IMG/VR virus record: IMGVR_UViG_3300043036_000115
Location: 1-40,546 of that record
Length of the DNA: 40,546 nt
Reading direction: 5' to 3' (one strand)
From: a virus
Taxonomy: Duplodnaviria; Caudoviricetes
This document shows positions 16,605-24,466 of the stretch, one piece after another. The stretch's first letter is position 1. Every line of letters begins with the position of its first letter. The position numbers and the translations under genes were made by a program. The notes beneath the pieces were generated by a model. The model saw nothing but the letters and a program-made list of their open reading frames with translations, was not told where the DNA came from and did not search any database.

Positions 16605-17228
16605 ATGATAGAGTATAAAGAAAATGGTAAGTTCGCATATTTTAATGGTTTAAAATTTACAAAGGATGATAAGACCGGTTATTATCTAAATTCGACTACA
16701 AGAAATAGACTGCATCGTTATGTTTGGGAATTTTATAATGGAGAGATAGCAAAAGGAAACCACATACACCACATCGACATGGATAAAAGCAATAATAATA
16801 TTAATAACCTTGCATTGCTAGAAAAAGAAAATCATTTATCAAAACATGGCAAATTAAGGTTTGAGAATAATAGTGAGTGGTTTAATGAATTCCATGAAAA
16901 AGGAATTGAAGCTGCTAAAGAATGGCACAAATCAACTGCTGGTATTTTGTGGCACAAAGAAAACTATCAAAAATACAAAGAATTAATAGCTGTTAAAAAA
17001 GAATTCATTTGTGAAAATTGTGGTGATAAGTTTGAAAGCATAAACCATGGTAACAATAAATTCTGTAGCAATAAATGTAAATCTGCATATAGGAGGAAAA
17101 TGAAATTAGATGATGAAAAAAGAATTTGCCCAGTTTGTGGAGTCGAATTTTTCAAAAACAAATACTCAAAAACAAAAACATGCTCAAAAGAATGTGGAAG
17201 AAAACATAGTAAACGCTATAAAGATTAA
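16605..17228 (+). CDS. Free-standing HNH homing endonuclease with C-terminal zinc-ribbon repeats
   Basis: LHRYVWE..NG.I..G.HIHHID.DKSNN.INNL; two C..CG..F......K.CS..C repeats; GAGGTG RBS. Confidence 0.9.
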   Translation: MIEYKENGKFAYFNGLKFTKDDKTGYYLNSTTRNRLHRYVWEFYNGEIAKGNHIHHIDMDKSNNNINNLALLEKENHLSKHGKLRFENNSEWFNEFHEKGIEAAKEWHKSTAGILWHKENYQKYKELIAVKKEFICENCGDKFESINHGNNKFCSNKCKSAYRRKMKLDDEKRICPVCGVEFFKNKYSKTKTCSKECGRKHSKRYKD

Positions 17229-17409
17229 AAGCATAAAGTATTTTGGAAAGAGTGATGTTTATAACATGGAAGTTAAAGAACATCATAATTTCAGCGTAAA
17301 TGGTGGGTTAATAGTGCATAACTGCATTGACATGTGCCGATATGCTTGCGAATCAGATATGAAGCAGCAGAAATTAAAGACAATGAATAAATCTATATTG
17401 GGATTATAG
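17110..17409 (+). CDS. terL: Split-intein C half (IntC) plus terminase C-extein (28 aa); start codon uncertain (17110, 17113 or GTG 17194)
   Basis: IKIKSIKY.GK.DVYNMEV..HHNF.VNGGLIVHN/C (blocks F/G), then CIDMCRYA, which completes the terminase NH..D..RYA motif. Confidence 0.9.
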   Translation: MMKKEFAQFVESNFSKTNTQKQKHAQKNVEENIVNAIKIKSIKYFGKSDVYNMEVKEHHNFSVNGGLIVHNCIDMCRYACESDMKQQKLKTMNKSILGL

Positions 17410-17420
17410 GGGGAAAGATA

Positions 17421-17621
17421 ATGAGTAAAGAAATAGAAACATACGAATCAAAAGCACCGAACTACATCGCAGTTACAAACAGCGAAACAGGCGAAGTTAT
17501 TGCACATATTGATTTAAGAACCAACGAAACAATAATGGTTAATGGAATTGATATAAGGCTTGGATTTGGCGAGCCTACATTCATTGATGTTGATGGTAAA
17601 ATATATATGAAAGTTGAGTAA
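17421..17621 (+). CDS. Hypothetical protein
   Basis: AGGGGG RBS; 66 aa between terL and portal. Confidence 0.65.
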   Translation: MSKEIETYESKAPNYIAVTNSETGEVIAHIDLRTNETIMVNGIDIRLGFGEPTFIDVDGKIYMKVE

Positions 17622-17624
17622 ACT

Positions 17625-18932
17625 ATGCTAACAATTGAGCGCATACAAAGAGAACTTGCAACGTGGGACACTACACGCCTACAGCATTTAAAAGACTATT
17701 ACGACGGCAAGCATGACATTCTAAGCCGTAAAATGGACGCAGGCAAGCCAAACAATAAACTGGTACACAACTACCCCAGTTATATTGTAGATGTATTCCA
17801 AGGGTATTTTATCGGAAACCCCGTAACTTATACAGGCGATGAGAAGACATTAGAAGCGATACAGGATATTTTCAATTACAATGATGAACAGGACGAGAAC
17901 AGCGAGATTGCACGGCAAGCCGGGATATTTGGGCGTGGTGGGGAAGTACTATATATCGATGAAGCCGGTCAGGTCCGATTCAGGTATTGCGACCCGCTGC
18001 AATTAAAAATAATCTACGATAACAGTATCGACCCTCAAATTATTGGGGCTATCAGGAAATACAGCATTGAAGATGATGCCGGAAACACGACCGAGTATGC
18101 TGATGTTTACGACGATATGGAAGTAGTCACCTATAAAGTAGACGGATGGCAAGAGACAAACCGAGAGCAAACCTTCTTTATGGATGTGCCTGTTGTTGAT
18201 TATATGAATAATAGCGACGTAAAGGGCGATTTTGAGGGCGTTATCAGTTTAGTTGACGCTTACAACCTGTCACGCTCAAACAAGACGAATGACCTTGAAT
18301 ACTTTACAGATGCTTACCTGTATTTGATTGGGTTAATGGGAACAACAGCGGAAGAAATAGCCGATATGAAGAACAACCGTACGTTATTGTTTAATGAATT
18401 AACTGGTGGGCAATTGCCAGCTGGTTTCCTTGTAAAGCCGTCGAACGTGGAAGAAGCAAAGGAGCAGATCAGACAATTAAACGATGACATCCACAAGTTC
18501 AGCAAAGCAGTTGACCTCTCCGATGAAAACTTTGCGAACGGTCAAAGCGGGATTGCGATGGCGTATAAGCTTTTTATTATGAAACAAGTTGTAGCCAACA
18601 AAGAACGTAAATTTAAGAAGGGATTGCAGCGGCGGCTTGAATTGATATGTAATTACCTTAATTTCAGAGGTGCAAGCTTGAATTATTTGGATGTTTCTAT
18701 TAAGTTTGAACGAAACGAGCCAGTGGATGAAGCGTTGAAAGTGGCCACAGCTTTACAGCTTAATGGTTTTGTTTCAAAGGAAACGGCCTTGAGTGCTTTA
18801 CCCTCTTCAATTGTGCCAGACGTACCGGCTGAACTTGAAAAGCTGGAAGATGAAACAGGCCAATACCCATCCGCTACATTTTTAAGCGAAACCGAGGTCA
18901 CATCCGATGACGGAAAAACAGAAAGCGATTAA
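17625..18932 (+). CDS. Portal protein (SPP1 gp6-like)
   Basis: YY.GKHDIL, NNKL.HNY..YIVD...GYF.GNP, GDFE.VI.L.DAY, SG.AM.YKL. Confidence 0.95.
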   Translation: MLTIERIQRELATWDTTRLQHLKDYYDGKHDILSRKMDAGKPNNKLVHNYPSYIVDVFQGYFIGNPVTYTGDEKTLEAIQDIFNYNDEQDENSEIARQAGIFGRGGEVLYIDEAGQVRFRYCDPLQLKIIYDNSIDPQIIGAIRKYSIEDDAGNTTEYADVYDDMEVVTYKVDGWQETNREQTFFMDVPVVDYMNNSDVKGDFEGVISLVDAYNLSRSNKTNDLEYFTDAYLYLIGLMGTTAEEIADMKNNRTLLFNELTGGQLPAGFLVKPSNVEEAKEQIRQLNDDIHKFSKAVDLSDENFANGQSGIAMAYKLFIMKQVVANKERKFKKGLQRRLELICNYLNFRGASLNYLDVSIKFERNEPVDEALKVATALQLNGFVSKETALSALPSSIVPDVPAELEKLEDETGQYPSATFLSETEVTSDDGKTESD

Positions 18933-19677
18933 GAAAGCCTATGATGAGATAACGGCGCAGGCCGCAAAGATTTATGGTAATGACTGGACTTATGCGGATT
19001 TGATGAAGTTCAGCCGCTTTACTAAGTTAGAGAAGTCAATGCAAAAGTCTATTGATAAGATGTACAAGGAAATACGAGGATTAATTGAGACTGATTTAAA
19101 CATCAACTATTTGGAATCAGCGACAAACGAATATGAAGGGTTGTTAACGAGCGGTGTTAAGCTACCTAGCATTAAAAAGTTGTACAATGCAAAAGCAGCT
19201 ATTGAGGTTCCGTTTGGCGGGGTTGTATGGTATGAGCGGTTAGGCCAGAACGCAGATGAGGTGCTTGTAGACCTGTCAAACACCATTAGAAGCGGTATTT
19301 ACAACGGCGTTAGTTACTCAAATATGACAAAGGAATTGCAAGGTATATTTGGTAGCGACAAGGTATTGAATGACACCATAGCACGAACAGAGACACGCCG
19401 GGTTATTTCCGTAGGGCAGACCGATGTATTAGATAAGGTTCCTGAATCAGTAGGGCTATTGAAGAAATGGGTAACGGTAAAAGATAAACGAGTTAGAAGT
19501 TTTTCAAAAGGCGATAAGGCAGACCATGCTAAGATGGACGGAAAGACAATACCATATAACGAAGATTTCGTAACGCCAGCAGGTAGTAAAGGCAAAGCAC
19601 CGATGCAGTTAAAAGGTGCGAACGCCGCCGCCGATAGTGTGAATTGCCGATGTGTCATGCGGTCGGTTATTCCATAA
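18907..19677 (+). CDS. Minor head protein (SPP1 gp7/MuF-like)
   Basis: IARTE, K.W.T..D.RVR...H..MDG, NCRC. Confidence 0.9.
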   Translation: MTEKQKAIKKAYDEITAQAAKIYGNDWTYADLMKFSRFTKLEKSMQKSIDKMYKEIRGLIETDLNINYLESATNEYEGLLTSGVKLPSIKKLYNAKAAIEVPFGGVVWYERLGQNADEVLVDLSNTIRSGIYNGVSYSNMTKELQGIFGSDKVLNDTIARTETRRVISVGQTDVLDKVPESVGLLKKWVTVKDKRVRSFSKGDKADHAKMDGKTIPYNEDFVTPAGSKGKAPMQLKGANAAADSVNCRCVMRSVIP

Positions 19678-19726
19678 CATGTTGCAAATGTCACATGTTG
19701 CAAATGCAACAAGAATAATGTATAAT
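19677..19726 (+). promoter_or_regulatory. Probable head-gene promoter overlapped by a 14-nt direct repeat
   Basis: ACATGTTGCAAATG at 19677 and 19693; TTGCAA(19698)-17-TATAAT(19721). Confidence 0.7.
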
Positions 19727-19779
19727 TAAGAAAATGAACTAACAGGCAAGAACTGTTAGGGCTAAAAGGAGAAATAAAG

Positions 19780-20397
19780 ATGTTAAACGATACTACAAAA
19801 CGAATGAATTTACAGTTATTTGCAGAACCAGAAGAAGCACCAGATCCACCAGTGGAATCGCCACCAGAACCACCTAAGACATTTACAGAAGATGAAGTTA
19901 AGGCTCAGGTACAAGCCGAAACAGACCGCAAAGTTACGAAAGCATTAGAGACAGCAAGGGTTAAGTGGGCAGAAGAGGAACAGGCGAAAGTTAAGCAAGC
20001 CGAGGAACTAGCAAAGCTAAGCGAAAAAGAACGAGCAGCGAAAGAGTTAGAGATTCAGCGGACCGAGTTTGAGCAAGAAAAAAGTAAATTCCAGCGCGAG
20101 CGTTTAACATTACAAACAGAAAAAGATTTAATAAGCAAAGATATGCCGGCTGAGTTTGCACCATTTGTGGTAGCAGATACAGCGGAACAGACATTAATTA
20201 ACATCAATACATTACAGGCTAGTTGGCAAGCAGCAATTGAAAAGGCTATTGATGATAAGGTAAAGGGCAGAACGCCGACAGGCAACCAAGCACCGACATC
20301 CGGGGGAGTCACTAAAGAGCAGTTTGAAAAGATGAACTATCTTGAACGGCTGGAATTAAAACAAAAGAACATTAAACTATACGAATCATTATTGTAA
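19780..20397 (+). CDS. Head scaffolding protein (DUF4355-like)
   Basis: MNLQLFAE N-terminus, KTFT..EV, coiled-coil, C-terminal TKEQF.KM.Y.ER..L; precedes the capsid gene. Confidence 0.9.
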   Translation: MLNDTTKRMNLQLFAEPEEAPDPPVESPPEPPKTFTEDEVKAQVQAETDRKVTKALETARVKWAEEEQAKVKQAEELAKLSEKERAAKELEIQRTEFEQEKSKFQRERLTLQTEKDLISKDMPAEFAPFVVADTAEQTLININTLQASWQAAIEKAIDDKVKGRTPTGNQAPTSGGVTKEQFEKMNYLERLELKQKNIKLYESLL

Positions 20398-20413
20398 AAG
20401 GAGAATATATTAA

Positions 20414-20573
20414 ATGGCAGAAACACTATTAACTAACATGATCGACCCAGAGGTTATGGCATCCATGATTTCGGCAACGTTACCGAATAAGATTAAATTT
20501 GCACCACTGGCAAACATTGACTCAACATTATCAGGCAGACCCGGCTCAACTCTGACAGTTCCTAAGTTCGCGT
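20414..20573 (+). CDS. Major capsid protein, exon 1 (not in ORF track)
   Basis: AAGGAG RBS; MAETLLTNMIDPEVMASMI...FAPLA.ID.TL.G.PG.TLTVPKFA, a typical capsid N-terminus, interrupted at the intron. Confidence 0.92.
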
Positions 20574-20688
20574 AAACTATATGCGCCATATGCCAGCAAT
20601 GGTATATGCAAACTTCTTTAATTGCTGGGAACCCCTAACGTAAAGACGAGGGCAATCAGCAGCCAAAGTGAATAAGCGTTCCTAAATG

Positions 20689-20717
20689 TTGTTATATTGT
20701 ATTAAATATGATATAAT
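20689..20717 (+). promoter_or_regulatory. Intron-internal promoter for the endonuclease
   Basis: TTGTTA(20689)-17-TATAAT(20712) with extended TG; AGGGAGG RBS at 20731. Confidence 0.7.
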
Positions 20718-20743
20718 ATAACCAAACGATAGGGAGGCACTCA

Positions 20744-21673
20744 ATGTCTAAAAAGAAAACTCACGAAGAATTTTTAAAAGAACTAAAAGAAAAAAACAAT
20801 AATCAAATCGAAACACTTGAAGAATACAACGGATTGCATAAAAAAATAAAAGTTAAATTTTTAGAGTGCGGTCATGTAAGAGAAATGAAACCATCAAAAC
20901 TTTTGATTGGTCAAAGTTGCGGTCATAAAGATTGCAACGATAAAGCAATATCAAAAGCAAGGTTATCAAATTCAACAAAAGCAAAAGAAGATGAATTAAA
21001 AAAACTGGGTTATGAGTTAATAAGTGGTTATAAAGGCATGAAAGAAATGATAACTGTTAAAAATAAAAAATGCGGTCACACATACACAGCAAACGCCGCT
21101 AATATATTAAACGGTTCGGGATGCCCAAAGTGCCACGGATTCAAAACAACTGGTGAATTTACAGAGCAAGTGCAAAAATTGCATGGCGATGAGTATAAAA
21201 TAATCGGTGAATATATTAACAACAGAACAACGGTTAAAATGATTCATAAAAATTGCGGTAATGAATTTAACGCATACCCAAAAAGGATATTAAACGGTAA
21301 GTGTTGCCCGACTTGTTACTTGTCAAGTGGTGAAACATTAATCAATGAGTTTCTAAAAAATCACGGGGTTAAATACGAAAGACAGTATAGGTTCAATGAT
21401 TGCAGAAACAAAAAGCCATTGCCGTTTGATTTTGCCATATTCCAAGATGACAAGGTTAAGTTAATAGAGTTTGACGGTCAACATCATTATGGCAATAGCA
21501 ATTATTGGGGAAACGACAAAAAAGCAGGCCACAACAAAGTGAAAGAACACGATAAAATAAAAGATGATTATTGTAAAAGTAAAAACATAGAGCTTTTAAG
21601 AATACCATATTGGTGGGCAAGAAATAAAAGAATGGATATTGAGTTAGAAAAATTCATTAGGTTCAACGACTAG
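20744..21673 (+). CDS. Intron-encoded putative homing endonuclease: zinc-finger repeats plus Vsr/DUF559-like nuclease domain
   Basis: Three CG(H/N)...C..C repeats; C-terminal LPFDF...IEFDGQHH...HD..K..YC....I.LLRIPYW; stop codon lies inside the intron R element. Confidence 0.85.
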   Translation: MSKKKTHEEFLKELKEKNNNQIETLEEYNGLHKKIKVKFLECGHVREMKPSKLLIGQSCGHKDCNDKAISKARLSNSTKAKEDELKKLGYELISGYKGMKEMITVKNKKCGHTYTANAANILNGSGCPKCHGFKTTGEFTEQVQKLHGDEYKIIGEYINNRTTVKMIHKNCGNEFNAYPKRILNGKCCPTCYLSSGETLINEFLKNHGVKYERQYRFNDCRNKKPLPFDFAIFQDDKVKLIEFDGQHHYGNSNYWGNDKKAGHNKVKEHDKIKDDYCKSKNIELLRIPYWWARNKRMDIELEKFIRFND

Positions 21674-21810
21674 CCGTAAGGCGTACACCCAAAAGCCGGG
21701 TGGAAATGGGAAGGCTCCCACGTGGAGCGTGATATAGTCTGATCTATATGGAAACATATAGCAGTTCTTAAGAGAACGGGCAAGGAGTGGCTACCTTGTT
21801 GAACATTATG

Positions 21811-22679
21811 ATATAGGAGCAGCAGAGGACGTGGCTGAGGGCGTGGCAATTGGAATTACTACCCTTACTACATCTGATACCGTCTTTACTATTAAAAAGG
21901 CAGCTAAAGCCGTAGAAATTACAGACGAAGCAGTTTTATCCGGTTTAGGCAATCCAATTGGAGAAGCTACAAACCAGATTCAAATGTCTATCGCTGATAA
22001 AATCGATGAAGATTTAGTAACTGCTTTAGAAGGTGCTTCTTTGGTTTATAATGATCCCGGTACATTTGACCTTGACACAGTAGCAAACGGCCTTGACCTG
22101 TTCACCGACGAAGACGATGAGACTAAAGTAATGCTTATGCATCCGCTTGACGCATCTGTTTTAAGAAAAGCGGTAGCCGGGGCATGGGCTAGATACACAG
22201 AGTTAGGCGACAGCATCGTTGTAAATGGCACTTATGGCGCAGTTTTAGACGCTCAAGTTGTTCGTTCACGACGAGTTACCCGTGGTTTAGCTCATATTGT
22301 TAAGCCGGGCGCATTAACTGTTTTTATGAAGCGTGGCGTACAGTTGGAAACCGACCGGGATATTCTGGCAAAATCAACTGTTATTAGCGCAGATGAACAT
22401 TATGGCACTTACCTTTACGACGAATCAAAGGCCGTTAATTTAGACGTTAGAACAACCGTTACATTAACCGTGACAACCTCAGCAGCAGCAGCAGTTGAAG
22501 GCGCAACCGTTACGTTTGGCGGCATGACCGGAACAACTAACGCAAGCGGTATTGTAGTATTTAAAATCATCGGCGGTACTTATGACGCAGTAGCAACAAA
22601 AGACGCTTACACAAAAACAGCATCAGTTGTTGTTGTAGATGGTACGGCAAAAGCTCAAACAATCGCTTTTGATGCTTGA
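21811..22679 (+). CDS. Major capsid protein, exon 2 (spliced product 342 aa) with C-terminal Ig-like extension
   Basis: Splicing restores PKFA-Y-IGAAEDVAEG; KKAAKAVEITDEAVLSG.G.P and KR.V.LETDRDIL.K.T.I.ADEHY motifs. Confidence 0.93.
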
Positions 22680-22686
22680 TTGAATT

Positions 22687-22708
22687 AGGGGCATTACGCC
22701 CCTTTTTT
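22687..22708 (+). terminator. Rho-independent terminator after the capsid gene
   Basis: GGGGC-ATTAC-GCCCC followed by T6. Confidence 0.85.
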
Positions 22709-22728
22709 ATTAAATTAGGAGGTATAAC

Positions 22729-22929
22729 ATGCTATTAAACAGACACCGGGCTAAAAAGCCGGATATCGAAGAAATACAGGCATTTGAGCCAGTCGAAGAA
22801 GTTCCAGTTATTGACTATGAAGCCATGACCAAAGCGGAAATCATTGAAACATTGGAAAAAGCTGAAATCGAACACGATGCCAGACAGAAAAAGGAATCAC
22901 TGATTGAGTTGTTAAAGGATGGTAAATAG
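22729..22929 (+). CDS. Small head-region protein (HeH/Rho-N-like)
   Basis: YEAMTKAEI.E.L....IE.D....KE.LIELL. Confidence 0.7.
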   Translation: MLLNRHRAKKPDIEEIQAFEPVEEVPVIDYEAMTKAEIIETLEKAEIEHDARQKKESLIELLKDGK

Positions 22930-22931
22930 AT

Positions 22932-23162
22932 ATGACAGACCGGGAGAAATTACTAGAATGGTGCAAGCTTTATTGTAATAACGCAACGTTAGTCGATGAA
23001 GCCGGTTTCTCGTATGTGTTGGATAACTTAACCGCCGAAATGGAAAGAGTAGGCATTACAAGTGAAAGCCTATCCGACATGAGCCAAAGTTTCGGTAGTA
23101 ATGATGCTGGCATGAGCATTAAAAGCCTATTGAGCCCGTACAGCCGCTTAAAAATGTTATGA
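22932..23162 (+). CDS. Head-tail adaptor (gp15-like)
   Basis: YCNN...GITSESL.D.S.SF...L.PY.RL; position. Confidence 0.75.
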   Translation: MTDREKLLEWCKLYCNNATLVDEAGFSYVLDNLTAEMERVGITSESLSDMSQSFGSNDAGMSIKSLLSPYSRLKML

Positions 23163-23605
23163 GCGTAAAAGATATTAACAATACTGATGAGTTGCTAAAA
23201 ACGATTAACAGCATGATAAAAAATGAAGTTACAATTGGCGTTCATGGAGATGTTGGAAGTGACATTTTTGACCGGGCAACATGGAACGAGTTTGGAACAC
23301 ACGATAAAAAAGGAAAAGTTTTGATTCCTGAGCGGTCTTTTATTCGTGCTTGTTTTGACAGTGAAAAAGCGGATATAAACAGAGATATGGAGAAAATAGC
23401 AGAAAGAGTTGTCGCTGGACAAATGAAAGTTAAGACGGGGCTTAATCTATTGGGGGATGCCACAAAAGGGCGAGTACAAGAGTACGCAATCAGATTAAGT
23501 ACTCCGGCTAACAAATACAGCACGATAAAGAAAAAAGGTTCATCTAATCCGTTAGTTGATACTGGTCAAATGATTGGTGCTATTGATTACAAAGTAAAGG
23601 GGTAA
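23159..23605 (+). CDS. Neck / virion morphogenesis protein
   Basis: NEFGT...IPERSFIR...N..STIKKKGSS.PLVDTGQM. Confidence 0.8.
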   Translation: MSVKDINNTDELLKTINSMIKNEVTIGVHGDVGSDIFDRATWNEFGTHDKKGKVLIPERSFIRACFDSEKADINRDMEKIAERVVAGQMKVKTGLNLLGDATKGRVQEYAIRLSTPANKYSTIKKKGSSNPLVDTGQMIGAIDYKVKG

Positions 23606-23608
23606 TTT

Positions 23609-23959
23609 ATGTATGATTTTAAAGCATTAGTAACAAAATATAGCAAAGTTGCCCCTTATATCCAAACTGAAACGGCTGGTCATTATGATTATGCTAACGG
23701 CGGTGAGTGGGTTCCGGGAACGCAGGCATGGGTAAGTTTTTATGGTGCATTAGTGCCATTAAGCAACAAAGATTTAACCTATGATGAAAACGGCACGTAT
23801 ACTCTTGATGACCGTAAACTTTATACCTACAATGATTACAAGGTAGGGCAAAAGATTAAGCACAAAGATATCATTTACACCATTGATAAGCGTAAAGATT
23901 ACGCAGATTTTGACAGCGGTTTAATTATCTATATTGTTGTGAGAGGTGACACGGCATGA
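23609..23959 (+). CDS. Head closure protein (putative)
   Basis: Position; G.Y....GEWV.G and G.YT..DRKLYT motifs. Confidence 0.65.
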   Translation: MYDFKALVTKYSKVAPYIQTETAGHYDYANGGEWVPGTQAWVSFYGALVPLSNKDLTYDENGTYTLDDRKLYTYNDYKVGQKIKHKDIIYTIDKRKDYADFDSGLIIYIVVRGDTA

Positions 23960-24465
23960 GCCTGACTACTGTTAGAAACTTAATTGTTAGTAAACTGTAT
24001 GCTAAAACAGCAAAGCCCGTGATTCAGATGGAACAGACAGCGACTAAACCGGATTACCCATTTATTGGGTATAAGATTATAGTATCGGACAACCGTGAAC
24101 CGGGAATGTCTATAATGGAACGCGTAGGAGTTGTAAGCACAGACCCACTATTCGATTATGACATTAAAGAAACGGCTATTGACCAAGTAACAGCAACGTT
24201 TAGTTTTAATGCATACGGTGCAAAACCTGCTGATGCTTATGATTTAGCAATTACTGCAAAGAACTATATTCAGCACAATCTATACTATGACTTAAAGGAT
24301 ATCGGGGCGGTAGTTGTTAGCGTTGAAGCAATCGGAGACAGAACGGTTTTAATCGACCCTGCGTATGAGTTCCGATACGGTTTTGACGTGATTATCAGGA
24401 TGGTTAACAGCGTGGATCGCATTGTTTCAAACATTGACGAAATAAATATAAATTTGGAGGATTAA
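23956..24465 (+). CDS. Tail completion / terminator protein (putative)
   Basis: P.YPFI.Y and R.GFDV..R motifs; directly before the sheath gene. Confidence 0.7.
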   Translation: MSLTTVRNLIVSKLYAKTAKPVIQMEQTATKPDYPFIGYKIIVSDNREPGMSIMERVGVVSTDPLFDYDIKETAIDQVTATFSFNAYGAKPADAYDLAITAKNYIQHNLYYDLKDIGAVVVSVEAIGDRTVLIDPAYEFRYGFDVIIRMVNSVDRIVSNIDEININLED

Positions 24466-24466
24466 A

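Larger units (their letters stand above)
20574..21810 (+). mobile_element. Group I self-splicing intron (IA-like), 1237 nt
   Basis: P AATTGCTGGGAA (20620), Q AATCAGCAGCCA (20654), R GTTCAACGACTAG (21661), S GATATAGTCT (21731); P7 GACTA/TAGTC; P1 GCGU/GCGC with U.G at the 5' splice site; P10 CTATAT(20577) pairs with exon 2 ATATAG; omega G at 21810. Confidence 0.93.

Noticed and set aside
15078-17409. terL as a pseudogene or assembly frameshift
   Set aside because: Both intein halves keep their catalytic residues, the intervening gene has its own promoter and RBS, and the joined exteins give a full-length terminase.
21831-22679. Capsid starting at GTG 21831, as in the ORF track
   Set aside because: It lacks the conserved N-terminal region, which is found at 20414-20573 and joins in frame on intron removal.
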